A DNA stretch of 64,000 nucleotides, taken from assembly GCA_963751515.1 (NCBI GenBank), contig CAVVUR010000016.1:12086-76085 (forward strand), read 5' to 3'. Below are positions 9,843 to 18,484 of this stretch, piece by piece (the first letter of the stretch is position 1; every line of letters begins with the position of its first letter). A program made the position numbers and the translations under genes. The notes under the pieces were generated by a model. That model did no database searches and was not told the DNA's origin. It worked only from the letters and a program-made list of their open reading frames with translations. This DNA is from an uncultured delta proteobacterium. Lineage in GTDB: Bacteria; Desulfobacterota; WTBG01.

Positions 9843-9855
9843 GTCTCATCCCTCC

Positions 9856-10584
9856 CTAAAAATAGACAGCATTAAGCAGCTTGATCATGCCATCACCCAG
9901 TTCTTCCCGTACCGGACCCGGCAGCATTTCCGTAAAAAAATGGGCGCGCAGGGTGGTGCGCAGCGCCGAACGTTTTGCCGCCAGCTCCTTTTTCTTCGCC
10001 TCATCGGTAACCGGCACCGCCTCGGCAAGAAACGCGAGGTAGCTCTTGAGATATTCAGTGTGCGGGGCCAGGGCCGCCAGGCGCATCCCCTCCTTCTCGA
10101 TGGGAACCCGGGCCGCGGTGTAAATGATGGAGGCGAGAGAGCGGATGACATCGCTTTCCTCGGGACAAATGCCGGGCAGGGCGGCAAACCGGTCCCAGAG
10201 GGGCTGCACCGACTCAATATACTTCTTGCGGTATTCCTCATCCACCAGGCTGTCCACCGTGGGGATGATATCAACCAGAAGCATGACCTCCTCCGGCCCC
10301 TCTTCGAGACGCGAGAGAAACAGGGGCAGGTCATAGGCTTCCCCGGGCATGATGCTGCAGAAGGCAAAGTGCCTGCTGCCGGCATGGACAAAGGAGCCGA
10401 TGCCTATTTTTTCCAGCTTGTCAGCGCGGTATGCGCTGAACCCTCCCCGCGCTTGGCCTCTGGCAAACTCCAGTGCGGGCGCAAGATTCTGCCCATTCCA
10501 CTCCTGAAGCGCGGTGGGCTGCAGCGAATCAATCAGTCCCTTCATTTTTTCCAGATAGGGTGTCCATTTCACGCCTGCATCCAT
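9856..10584 (-). CDS. Ferredoxin-dependent bilin reductase (Fe_bilin_red)-like protein, divergent copy B
   Basis: An AGGAGG RBS lies 7 nt upstream of the ATG at 10584 (the track ORF starts at 10608). The core reads …FAFCSIMPGEAYDLPLFLSRLEEGPEEVMLLVDIIPTVDSL… This parallels the PcyA segment …YGLPLFGCDIVAG…AIADLSPT… by eye. Confidence 0.55.
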   Translation of the reverse strand: MDAGVKWTPYLEKMKGLIDSLQPTALQEWNGQNLAPALEFARGQARGGFSAYRADKLEKIGIGSFVHAGSRHFAFCSIMPGEAYDLPLFLSRLEEGPEEVMLLVDIIPTVDSLVDEEYRKKYIESVQPLWDRFAALPGICPEESDVIRSLASIIYTAARVPIEKEGMRLAALAPHTEYLKSYLAFLAEAVPVTDEAKKKELAAKRSALRTTLRAHFFTEMLPGPVREELGDGMIKLLNAVYF

Positions 10585-10597
10585 TTCTCTACCTCCT

Positions 10598-11365
10598 TTA
10601 AAAGACAAGGCTCACGAAGAGGTGGCTTTTTTCCGCGCCAAAAATCTTTTTCATCACCTCTCCGCCCGGATCAAGATCGCGGTAATATTTCTGGGTCTTG
10701 CTTTTTCTGCGCAGCATCTCCTGCCGGTACCCCTCATCCCGAATGGGCTCCGCCTGCTTCAGCAGGTCAAGCCACACCCTGGCATAGGCAACCACCGCCT
10801 CCATCAGTTTCACCCGGTCCACCTTCTCCTCCACCCGCCCGTCAAGGCTGAAGGGAGAGAGCGACTCGCGCGCCCAGGGCCAGGGCCCGTACCGTCTCTG
10901 CACCAGACACCGTCCCTCACTGGTAAATCCCGGTATGGTGCGGTACTTCCGCCACAGCGGCGCTATCTCCCGGTAGTATTTTTGCAGGTACTCCTCGTGC
11001 CGGGCGATGTCCACCGTGGGCATTAAATCCATGGTCACGCCCACCCGCGGCGCCGTTTCGTCAAACTCGCAGGCATAGATGGGCAGGTCATAATCGTTGC
11101 TCGCGGTCATGTTCAGGGCGCAGTACTTGGCCCGTCCCATGTAATGCAGCTCACCGATGGTAATCTTCTCGATTCTGTCGCTTCCCTTGATGAGGTATGG
11201 CTTGTAGAAGCCGGTGGCCATGGGTGTTTTAAACTCCCAGGCCGGCCTGGTGTCCATGCCCTGGTAGGTTTCAAGCGGCACCAGCTCCAGTCCTTCAAAC
11301 AGCCTATAATCCTCCACGATCACCTTCTCGAACGCCGTCATCTCATTCCATGCTACCTTTGCCAT
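10598..11365 (-). CDS. Ferredoxin-dependent bilin reductase (Fe_bilin_red)-like protein, copy A
   Basis: A GAGGAG RBS lies 7 nt upstream of the ATG at 11365. Two regions match FDBR landmarks by eye: …KYCALNMTASNDYDLPIYACEFDETAPRVGVTMDLMPTVD… and the C-terminal …YYRDLDPGGEVMKKIFGAEKSHLFVSLVF. The corresponding PcyA/PebA landmarks are '…LP.FGCDIV…DLSP…' and '…NDP…FG…F'. Confidence 0.6.
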   Translation of the reverse strand: MAKVAWNEMTAFEKVIVEDYRLFEGLELVPLETYQGMDTRPAWEFKTPMATGFYKPYLIKGSDRIEKITIGELHYMGRAKYCALNMTASNDYDLPIYACEFDETAPRVGVTMDLMPTVDIARHEEYLQKYYREIAPLWRKYRTIPGFTSEGRCLVQRRYGPWPWARESLSPFSLDGRVEEKVDRVKLMEAVVAYARVWLDLLKQAEPIRDEGYRQEMLRRKSKTQKYYRDLDPGGEVMKKIFGAEKSHLFVSLVF

Positions 11366-11496
11366 AACCACACTCCTCTTGTACGGTGGGTATTCCTGTC
11401 CGGCTTCGCCTTCATTTCCTTACGCTGCGGTTAAGCAACCGGCCGCGGCTGGCCCCTCAAATGCACCGGCATGCAAAACAATAGTTCCATAAAAAT

Positions 11497-11525
11497 TTGA
11501 CTGTACATTCGGATTCTGCTACCAT
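11497..11525 (+). promoter_or_regulatory. Candidate sigma70 promoter for the outer-membrane protein gene
   Basis: The elements are TTGACT (11497-11502), a 17-nt spacer and TACCAT (11520-11525). Confidence 0.3.
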
Positions 11526-11574
11526 ACCCACATCCGCTTACTTTATTCATAAGGGCTACGCTATGGTTCGAAAT

Positions 11575-11603
11575 TAACTATCATCCGCCTGAGCCTCTGT
11601 CAA
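11575..11603 (-). promoter_or_regulatory. Candidate sigma70 promoter for the FDBR-like/flavoprotein operon
   Basis: On the minus strand the elements are TTGACA (11603-11598), a 17-nt spacer and TAGTTA (11580-11575). The -10 element is weak. Confidence 0.25.
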
Positions 11604-11763
11604 CCGATAAATACAACTTTCCGTAAATCGACTTCTTCTTTCTGTTTGAGTGTATCAACAGACCATAGATATAACAATGTACTCTCCAGACCGTCCGATA
11701 AAAACATCCGGTACTCATTCAAGCGCGCGCTGTCGGACGTTGCGCAGGCTGTGCCGGTGGGGT

Positions 11764-12840
11764 ATGTTCATTGTATTCATGATTATCATCCGGCCTGTTA
11801 CCGCCTCTGCCGATAATGGACCTGTGCCGCCCGGTCAAGTATCAATAATCGGAGATGCGGCATTGCAGGACAGCGGAGTGACGAGACCGGAGGTGCGGCT
11901 TTTAGACTACGATGAAAAAGAAACCTCCCCTTCGATGCGGATGCTGCTGAGCGGCAAGAACCGGGCGAACGCAGAAACAGGTGATACGCGGCATGCTGCT
12001 CCTGACGATGCGGAATCAGGCAACGGGCAGGCCAACGCCCGGCACAAATGGCAAACGGTTCTGCCGGTGCTGGGAGAGGAGGCTGAAGCAAAGGGGCATA
12101 CCCTTCCCCTGGCCTTCGGGGTAATGCCGAGTTTCTATTCCGGAAGGCGGCACATCAGCGTGAGCGACGCGCAGGTTTCCATCAAGGGCCGGGCCATTGC
12201 CGTGGACGGGCTGACCGACATCAAGGTGAAGAGCAGGGAACTGAACTGGGCGCTGCGCCTTGACGCCTGGCTGTTCCCCTTTATGAACGTCTATGGGCTG
12301 TTCGGGTACACGCGCGAGGATGCCGATGCTTCAGTAGGTCTTACCCCCTACGATCGCCTGCGCAAGCGGTTTGGCAAACACCCCCGGGATCTTGACATAC
12401 ACATTGACCTGACCGGCGTCACCTACGGCGTGGGATATACCCTCGTCGGGGGATATAAAAAATTCTTTGCCTCATACGATTGGAATTACACCATCAGCGC
12501 GCTTCGGGGCAACATACCTTTGGGAAACAGCCTGAGTCCCGATGTGAAGGCGATGCTGAACTCCGTCCGCCTCGGATGGAGAGCGCAGGCGGCTGACTGT
12601 AAGATCAACCTCTGGATCGGCGAGACCTATTGGGACACCACCAACACCATAAAGGGCGACCCCCGGGTTCCGGTTTTGGGAACGGTCAAGTTCAGGGTGC
12701 GGGAGAAGACCTCGAAGCCGTGGAGCACTCACATCGGAACCAACGTCGAACTGTCGCCGTCCATTCAACTGGTGCTGGACATGGGATCAAACTTTTCCGG
12801 TCTTTTCGCCATCGCCCCCACCATCATGTACCGTTTCTAG
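11764..12840 (+). CDS. Putative outer-membrane beta-barrel protein
   Basis: A signal-like N-terminus (MFIVFMIIIRPVTASA) is present. An alternative start at 11677 would add a basic n-region. The mature part has alternating-polarity strands, and the C-terminal …TIMYRF ends in an aromatic residue, as OMPs typically do. Confidence 0.55.
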   Translation: MFIVFMIIIRPVTASADNGPVPPGQVSIIGDAALQDSGVTRPEVRLLDYDEKETSPSMRMLLSGKNRANAETGDTRHAAPDDAESGNGQANARHKWQTVLPVLGEEAEAKGHTLPLAFGVMPSFYSGRRHISVSDAQVSIKGRAIAVDGLTDIKVKSRELNWALRLDAWLFPFMNVYGLFGYTREDADASVGLTPYDRLRKRFGKHPRDLDIHIDLTGVTYGVGYTLVGGYKKFFASYDWNYTISALRGNIPLGNSLSPDVKAMLNSVRLGWRAQAADCKINLWIGETYWDTTNTIKGDPRVPVLGTVKFRVREKTSKPWSTHIGTNVELSPSIQLVLDMGSNFSGLFAIAPTIMYRF

Positions 12841-12858
12841 CAGCTGGTAAGAAACAAA

Positions 12859-12883
12859 AGGCCGGGGATGCATGTCCCGGCCT
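12859..12883. terminator. Hairpin between convergent genes (possible bidirectional terminator)
   Basis: The sequence aggccgggg-atgcatg-tcccggcct forms a 9-bp stem. It is flanked by A/T-rich runs on both sides. Confidence 0.45.
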
Positions 12884-12909
12884 GGTATTATTCAGCAAAC
12901 GCGCGCGTC

Positions 12910-14208
12910 TTAGCCGTCCTTGAGGCTGCTTTCAAGGGTACTGCTGCGGACGCTCCTGATTTTTGCGTAGGTGGCAGGGCGTTCCCGCTCAATCTTCTTC
13001 GGATCGCGCAGGATTGCGTCCCATATCATCCGGGATGACTTGTACTGGCTGAAGCTCCCGTCCAGGAGCACATCCTCACACAGGCCGAAAAGGTAGTCAA
13101 GCTCGTCATCGGTGTAGGTAGGCACAAAGGCATATCCCTGCTGCACCTGCATCATACCCTTGTCATTGAACTCAAATGATTTAAGCCACCAGTCGGCGTA
13201 TTCCGCGAACCCCGTTTCACCCTTGAGTTCCCTGGCAACCGCCTCCGCGGCCTTATAACCGCAGCTCAAAGCCCCCTGCCCCTGCACTTCAACAAACGCG
13301 GCAGAATCTCCTATAATTATAGTATTGCCTTTGCAGGGCTGGGCAATAGGGGTAAATGCCTTGACCGAACAGCAGTAGCGCTCTTCAATCTTGGCGTTGG
13401 CGAACCGGTCGGCTATGGGGCTGTCTTTGGTAAACCGGCCAAAGGCCTCCAGCGGCAGGTCCCGGGGACTGCCGAGACTAATCACATCCGCCCAGTCCTC
13501 AAAATGGCCGGCAGGCCCGGTGCCGATGATGGGAGCAAGATTTGAGCCGTAGCACCTGCCATACCAGAGAACCCACTCGGCAGGGTTATAGTGCTTCACA
13601 CCCGACATGTAGCTGGCCATGCAGAGGGCAAAACCCATGTAGCCGCGATTGGCATTGAAACCCATTGCCTGCCCCAGTCGGGTATTGCAACCGTCGGCGA
13701 TGATGAGCTTTTTCGCCTTCACTTTCTCCTTCTTTCCCCTGCTTACGCACTTGACCTCAACCCCCTGGGCGCTGTCGATCGCGTCATAGCCGCTGGTTTC
13801 ATTTCTGAAGGTGACCCCCAGCGCCAGACATTCCTCGAGCAGGCTCCCCAGCAGGAAACCCTTGTCGTACTTGTAGGCATACGGCCGGCGGTCAGGCCAG
13901 GCGAAGTGGATGGCCCTGCGCTTGGGAGAATAGTACCATTTGTCTATGCAGGGGAACAAAGCCCCCTTATAGTCCACCACCCACCCGTTCACCGTGGAGG
14001 TTATGGTGCCTTTTTTAGGATCCACTAAAACCGTATCTCCATTATAGTCTTCATCGAGTATCAAATGCTCGCTGCAGTAACGGGTAATTTTGGAGATGTC
14101 TTTGCGCTTCTCAATGAGAATCGTCTTGAGCCCCTTCTTGGCCGCCCACTTGGCAGCATGCACACCTCCGGGACCGGCGCCCACAATGGCAAGATCGTAA
14201 ACCGTCAT
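12910..14208 (-). CDS. FAD-dependent oxidoreductase, geranylgeranyl-reductase/FixC-like superfamily (paralogue 2)
   Basis: The N-terminus reads MTVYDLAIVGAGPGGVHAAKWAAKKGLKTILIEKRKD… The overall architecture resembles 7790..9136. It is the last gene of the NuoEFG-like operon. Confidence 0.75.
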   Translation of the reverse strand: MTVYDLAIVGAGPGGVHAAKWAAKKGLKTILIEKRKDISKITRYCSEHLILDEDYNGDTVLVDPKKGTITSTVNGWVVDYKGALFPCIDKWYYSPKRRAIHFAWPDRRPYAYKYDKGFLLGSLLEECLALGVTFRNETSGYDAIDSAQGVEVKCVSRGKKEKVKAKKLIIADGCNTRLGQAMGFNANRGYMGFALCMASYMSGVKHYNPAEWVLWYGRCYGSNLAPIIGTGPAGHFEDWADVISLGSPRDLPLEAFGRFTKDSPIADRFANAKIEERYCCSVKAFTPIAQPCKGNTIIIGDSAAFVEVQGQGALSCGYKAAEAVARELKGETGFAEYADWWLKSFEFNDKGMMQVQQGYAFVPTYTDDELDYLFGLCEDVLLDGSFSQYKSSRMIWDAILRDPKKIERERPATYAKIRSVRSSTLESSLKDG

Positions 14209-14257
14209 TACTTCCTCCTTGGATGCTTACATATTCATTCAGAATTGCGGCAACTCT

Positions 14258-15196
14258 CTAGCTGATGGCCTGCATGGGACAGATGAGCTCGCAGCTGTGG
14301 CAGGCAGTGCAGTTCTGCGGATAGAGCTGCGCCTTTTTATCATAACCGCCCTTATCCTCGAGCTCCAGCGCGCCGCAGGGGCAGTTCTCCATGCAGCCGC
14401 CGCAGCCCAGGCACTTGTCCTGGTCAACCACCGGATACTGCCGGCACGAGGGGCAGATGTCAAAAAATTCATTGGGCAGATTCTTTTCCCGCTTCACCTT
14501 TTCCAGATGCGGCTCCGGCGCGTAGGGATTGCCGCACTTTTTGCAGCACTTCAGTTTGTGCTCCACCTTCCAGTTCAGGATCTCCCGCTGCGGACCGGTT
14601 TGATCGCACCCGTCCGGCGTGCAGAGCGCGGTGGAAAACAGGTCGTTTTTCTTGATGATGCCGGTGGGACAGATGAAGGCGCATGAGCCGCAGGCAATGC
14701 AGTCATCCGCGGTCTTGCTGAAGGGCGAGTCCACCAGCTTGCCCAGGCCGCGTCCCGCAAACTGAATGGCGCCCGCCTTGACCACGTCGTTGCAGGCGCG
14801 GACGCACAGCCCGCAGAGTATGCAGTACTCATTATCCTTTCCCATCTGCTGGGCGATTTCGGTCACCCCGTACTCCGCGGCCAGCTCCTGGACCATCTGC
14901 ACGTTGGGGCAGCGCGCCAGATGGAGCTCGAGAATCATCTTGCGCGCTTCTTTGATGCGGGGGGTGTGGGTGTGCACCTCCAGCCCGTCGCTCACCGGGT
15001 AGGTGCAGGATGTGTCCACCGTCACCCTCCCGTTTTTCCCGATCTCCACCACGCAGAGGCGGCAGGCGCCATAGGGCTTGAGCGCGTCATTCGAACACAG
15101 CGTGGGTATCTCAATCTCATTGGCCCGCGCCGCCTGAAGGATGGTCATGCCCTCCTCTGCCTTTATTTTCCTTCCGTTTATCTTTAAGCTCACCAT
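14258..15196 (-). CDS. 2Fe-2S + multi-4Fe-4S iron-sulfur protein (NuoG/HydA N-terminal-like, no catalytic domain)
   Basis: The start is the ATG at 15196 (MVSLKINGRKIKAEEGMTILQAA…). A plant-type 2Fe-2S N-domain is present (…CSNDALKPYGACRLCVVE). Several CxxCxxCxxxCP motifs follow (CILCGLCVRAC, CIACGSCAFICP, CLGCGGCMENCP, CTACHSCELICP). Confidence 0.75.
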   Translation of the reverse strand: MVSLKINGRKIKAEEGMTILQAARANEIEIPTLCSNDALKPYGACRLCVVEIGKNGRVTVDTSCTYPVSDGLEVHTHTPRIKEARKMILELHLARCPNVQMVQELAAEYGVTEIAQQMGKDNEYCILCGLCVRACNDVVKAGAIQFAGRGLGKLVDSPFSKTADDCIACGSCAFICPTGIIKKNDLFSTALCTPDGCDQTGPQREILNWKVEHKLKCCKKCGNPYAPEPHLEKVKREKNLPNEFFDICPSCRQYPVVDQDKCLGCGGCMENCPCGALELEDKGGYDKKAQLYPQNCTACHSCELICPMQAIS

Positions 15197-15236
15197 AAAT
15201 ATCATCCTCTCTCGTATCGCTACGCCGTTTATGCCC

Positions 15237-16967
15237 TTACGCTTTCTTTCTGAGCAGTTTGCCTTCAATCACCTGCGGGAAATGGGTGAGCACCGAGATA
15301 AAGGGCACCGCTGCGGTTTTGCCCAGGGCGCAGGCGCCGGTATCCGACAGTGCCGATGCCAGGCGCTTGACCAGGGCTATGTGCTCGCTTGTTCCCTGCC
15401 CTTCCATCACGTCAGTTATGATCTGCTGGAGCCGCTTGGTGCCCTCCCTGCAGATGCTGCACTTTCCGCAGGACTCGTCGGCAAAAAAGTCGGTGAAAAA
15501 CTTTGCCATCTCCAGCAGGTCCGTGTCCTCATCCATGACCACCAGCCCGCCGGAACCGAGCAGGCTTCCTTCCTTGGCCAGGCGATCGTAGTCGAGCTTG
15601 ATCTTCAGCAGTTTGGCCGGCAGAATGCCGCCTGAGGGGCCTCCCGCCTGGAAACCTTTTATCTTCTTGCCGTTGGCGGCGCCGCCGCCGAAGGTTTCAA
15701 TGATCTCCCCGATCTCCATGCCCAGCGGTACCTCCACCCAGCAACTCCGGGCCACATGGCCGGACAGGGCCACAATTTTCGTGCCGGTGCTGCCGGGCGT
15801 ACCGATACCCGCATACCACTTCCCGCCCTTGGCGATAATGGCGGGAATGGTTGCCAGGGTCTCGAGATTGTTGACCACAGTGGGTTTGTTGAAAAGCCCG
15901 CTTTCGGCGGGATACGGGGGCCGCGGCCTCGGCTCGCCGAACGAGCCTTCCAGCGCATTGAGCAGCGCCGTTTCCTCGCCGCACACGTACGCCCCTCCTC
16001 CCCGCTTCACCCGCAGGGAGAAAGAAAATCCCGAACCCGCTATATTGCTCCCGATCAGGCCCAGGGCTTCCGCCCCCTCGATGGCCCGGATGAGCCGCTC
16101 GTGGGCCACCTGGTACCGGTCATTCAAATAAATGTAGCCTTCCGATGCGCCCACCGCGTAGCCGGCGAGGGCCATCCCCTCTATGACCGCGTGGGGATCC
16201 GATTCCAGAAAGCTCCGGTGCATGCCGATTTCGGGATCGCCCTCGCTGCCGTTGGCGACAATGTACTTGGCATTCCCGGCCGCCTGACGGCAGGCCTGCA
16301 GCTTAATACCCGCCGGGAATCCGGCGCCGCCCCGGCCGCGGAGCTTGGACACGGTTACTTCCCTGATGACTTCATCCGGACTCATGGAGGTCACCGCTTT
16401 CAGCAGCGCCTGGTAGCCGCCCAGCGCGCAATATTCCTCAACCTGCTCCGGGCTGACCGTGCCGGCGTTTTTGCTGATGAGCTTCATCTGCTTTTTGAAA
16501 AAATCGAACTTCCCGCATTCTTTGAGCGCGGCCGCGTCCTTGGGGACTTTCGCCCCGGCATACTTGATCGATACACCGCCTTCCGCGGTTAACCTGTCCA
16601 TCCTCATCAGGGCCAGATCCTTGACCACGCCCCCCTTTGCCACCGAGGCCACCAGGTCAGGAACCCGTTCCACGCTCACCCGGCCATAGGTGATGCGCGG
16701 CTTTCCCGGGCAGATCACTTCAACAATGGGTTCGGCATAGCAAAGACCGTTGCAGCCCACCACCACCACATCAGCCTTGGCTTTCTGCTTCTTAATCTCA
16801 TACTTCAGGGCTTCAAAAATCTTCCCCGCGCCCTTGGCCAATCCGCAGGTTGCCATGCCGACGGTAATCCGGGCACGTGCCGGCGTCAGCATGCTGAGCC
16901 CCTTCTTCTGTATCGCGTTCAGGTCAAGCGGTTTATCCTGTTTCATAGACTCCCCTTTATCATTCAC
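15237..16967 (-). CDS. NuoF/HydB-like NADH-binding FMN/FeS flavoprotein with N-terminal thioredoxin-like 2Fe-2S domain
   Basis: The motifs are GRGGAGFPAGIKLQ (NADH/FMN), ESCGKCSICREG (the N3-type 4Fe-4S) and N-terminal …CGLAKGAG…VGCNGLCYAEP. Confidence 0.85.
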   Translation of the reverse strand: MNDKGESMKQDKPLDLNAIQKKGLSMLTPARARITVGMATCGLAKGAGKIFEALKYEIKKQKAKADVVVVGCNGLCYAEPIVEVICPGKPRITYGRVSVERVPDLVASVAKGGVVKDLALMRMDRLTAEGGVSIKYAGAKVPKDAAALKECGKFDFFKKQMKLISKNAGTVSPEQVEEYCALGGYQALLKAVTSMSPDEVIREVTVSKLRGRGGAGFPAGIKLQACRQAAGNAKYIVANGSEGDPEIGMHRSFLESDPHAVIEGMALAGYAVGASEGYIYLNDRYQVAHERLIRAIEGAEALGLIGSNIAGSGFSFSLRVKRGGGAYVCGEETALLNALEGSFGEPRPRPPYPAESGLFNKPTVVNNLETLATIPAIIAKGGKWYAGIGTPGSTGTKIVALSGHVARSCWVEVPLGMEIGEIIETFGGGAANGKKIKGFQAGGPSGGILPAKLLKIKLDYDRLAKEGSLLGSGGLVVMDEDTDLLEMAKFFTDFFADESCGKCSICREGTKRLQQIITDVMEGQGTSEHIALVKRLASALSDTGACALGKTAAVPFISVLTHFPQVIEGKLLRKKA

Positions 16968-17709
16968 CTAACATTTCTGAAATCTTGGTATGGGCATCAT
17001 CACCGCTGTACATTTCACCGTTCACCAGCACCGCGGGCGAAAGGTCGCAGCAGCCCAGGCATCGCACCTTTTCCAGGTTAATGTCCGCGTCCGGCGAGGC
17101 CGCTTTCTCCTCAAGCTGTTTCAGCATTGAACCGCTGCCCTTGAGGTGGCACCCCGTGCCGTCACAGACGCTCACCGTGTATTTTCTGGGCGAATCGGTT
17201 GGAAACGCCGTGAATGAGGTTACCAGCCGGTAGAGGGTGCTCATAAAAACGTTTTTCTTCTGGCTCACCACCCGCAGCGCCTCTTCCGGCACATGGCCGA
17301 ACTTGGCCTTCAGGGCGTGAAGTATGGCGGGGACTGATTCCTGGCCGCCGGGATATGACGCCACGATGCCTTCAACCACGCTTATGTCAACACCTCCCAT
17401 GGTGGCAAAACCCTTGAGGATGTTGGACTTGAACGGCTCGGGCACTATTTCATTGACGATCTCCACAACCTGGGCTTCCTGGTAGGCCCCGCCCTTCGCC
17501 TTCTGCCCGAGTATATCCATCAGTTTCACCCGGAACACATCCTGCAGCGATTCCGGCACCTCCTTGATCATGAGCTCAAACATGGCCTTGCTGCTGCCCG
17601 CCCATGCGCCCGGGGCCGCAGCCTGGGGAGCCTGAGCAGTTGCAGGAGACGAAGCTTTCGCCGGTGAGCTCTTCTTTGCGCCTGCTTTCATACGCTTACT
17701 CTTAGACAT
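16960..17709 (-). CDS. NuoE/HydC-like 2Fe-2S protein with ~110-aa N-terminal extension
   Basis: The C-terminal part carries …VCDGTGCHLKG…VRCLGCCDLSPAV… The N-terminal part is an Ala/Pro/Lys-rich tail followed by an unassigned ~70-aa region. Confidence 0.75.
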   Translation of the reverse strand: MSKSKRMKAGAKKSSPAKASSPATAQAPQAAAPGAWAGSSKAMFELMIKEVPESLQDVFRVKLMDILGQKAKGGAYQEAQVVEIVNEIVPEPFKSNILKGFATMGGVDISVVEGIVASYPGGQESVPAILHALKAKFGHVPEEALRVVSQKKNVFMSTLYRLVTSFTAFPTDSPRKYTVSVCDGTGCHLKGSGSMLKQLEEKAASPDADINLEKVRCLGCCDLSPAVLVNGEMYSGDDAHTKISEMLGE

Positions 17710-17752
17710 TACCTGCTCCTTTCAACGATATCCCGAAGCCGGGACACTCATC

Positions 17753-18484
17753 TTATGCAACCGCGTCAAGATACTGCTGTATCAGGCCTTCCAGTTGTTT
17801 ATACGCCCGGTCAACCGATGCCTGTGCCTCGGCCATTTCCCCCTCGCTCAGCTTTTCAAACCGCCCCTGCGCCTTGAGATAGTCGGCAAGCGGCCTGGGC
17901 TTCCCCGTCTTCACCGTAAGGCCGTACGCGCCCGCGCCCGCTTCATACAGAGGAAAGGCCCGGCCTTCCACCGCCAGCCGCCCCAGTTTTACCGTGAAAT
18001 CCGCATCAAACTTCCAGCCCGGGGGGCAGGGACAGAGCACGTGCACATAGGCGTCGGCAGTGCTTTTGAAGGCCCGCTTCATCTTGTCGTACAGGTCAAA
18101 GGGATAGCTGGGACAGGCCGTGGCCACATAGTTGAAACCCTGTGACGCAGCGAGCTGGGGCATGGGTTTCTCAAGCAGGTCGGCGAGAGATCCGCCCGCT
18201 TCGTTATCGCAGCAGATCACCAGCTTCCCCCGGGCCTTGGGAATGGTCAAAAAGGTGACATCGGTCGCGCCCGTTCCGAAGTGCCCGGAACCGGCAGTGC
18301 CGGCCCTCCCATGCTCCGCTGACGCCCAGGCCCCCTTTTCAATGCTCATGCCCAGGGCCTTGTATGTCTGGCGGATGGCCAGCGCCAGCCCGCATCCCGG
18401 GCATGCCTGGTTCAGCTCAGGGACGAAGTATTCCTTACAAGGCAGGAAATTAGAAACATAGAGACTGTACTTATCCATTGTCAT
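17753..18484 (-). CDS. Pyruvate/2-oxoacid:ferredoxin oxidoreductase beta-subunit-like protein (degenerate)
   Basis: The start ATG at 18484 overlaps the upstream stop (ATGA). The PorB-like N-terminal motif …CPGCGLALAIRQ… is present. I cannot find a clear GDG…N TPP/Mg motif (the region reads GKLVICCDNEAGG). Confidence 0.6.
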   Translation of the reverse strand: MTMDKYSLYVSNFLPCKEYFVPELNQACPGCGLALAIRQTYKALGMSIEKGAWASAEHGRAGTAGSGHFGTGATDVTFLTIPKARGKLVICCDNEAGGSLADLLEKPMPQLAASQGFNYVATACPSYPFDLYDKMKRAFKSTADAYVHVLCPCPPGWKFDADFTVKLGRLAVEGRAFPLYEAGAGAYGLTVKTGKPRPLADYLKAQGRFEKLSEGEMAEAQASVDRAYKQLEGLIQQYLDAVA

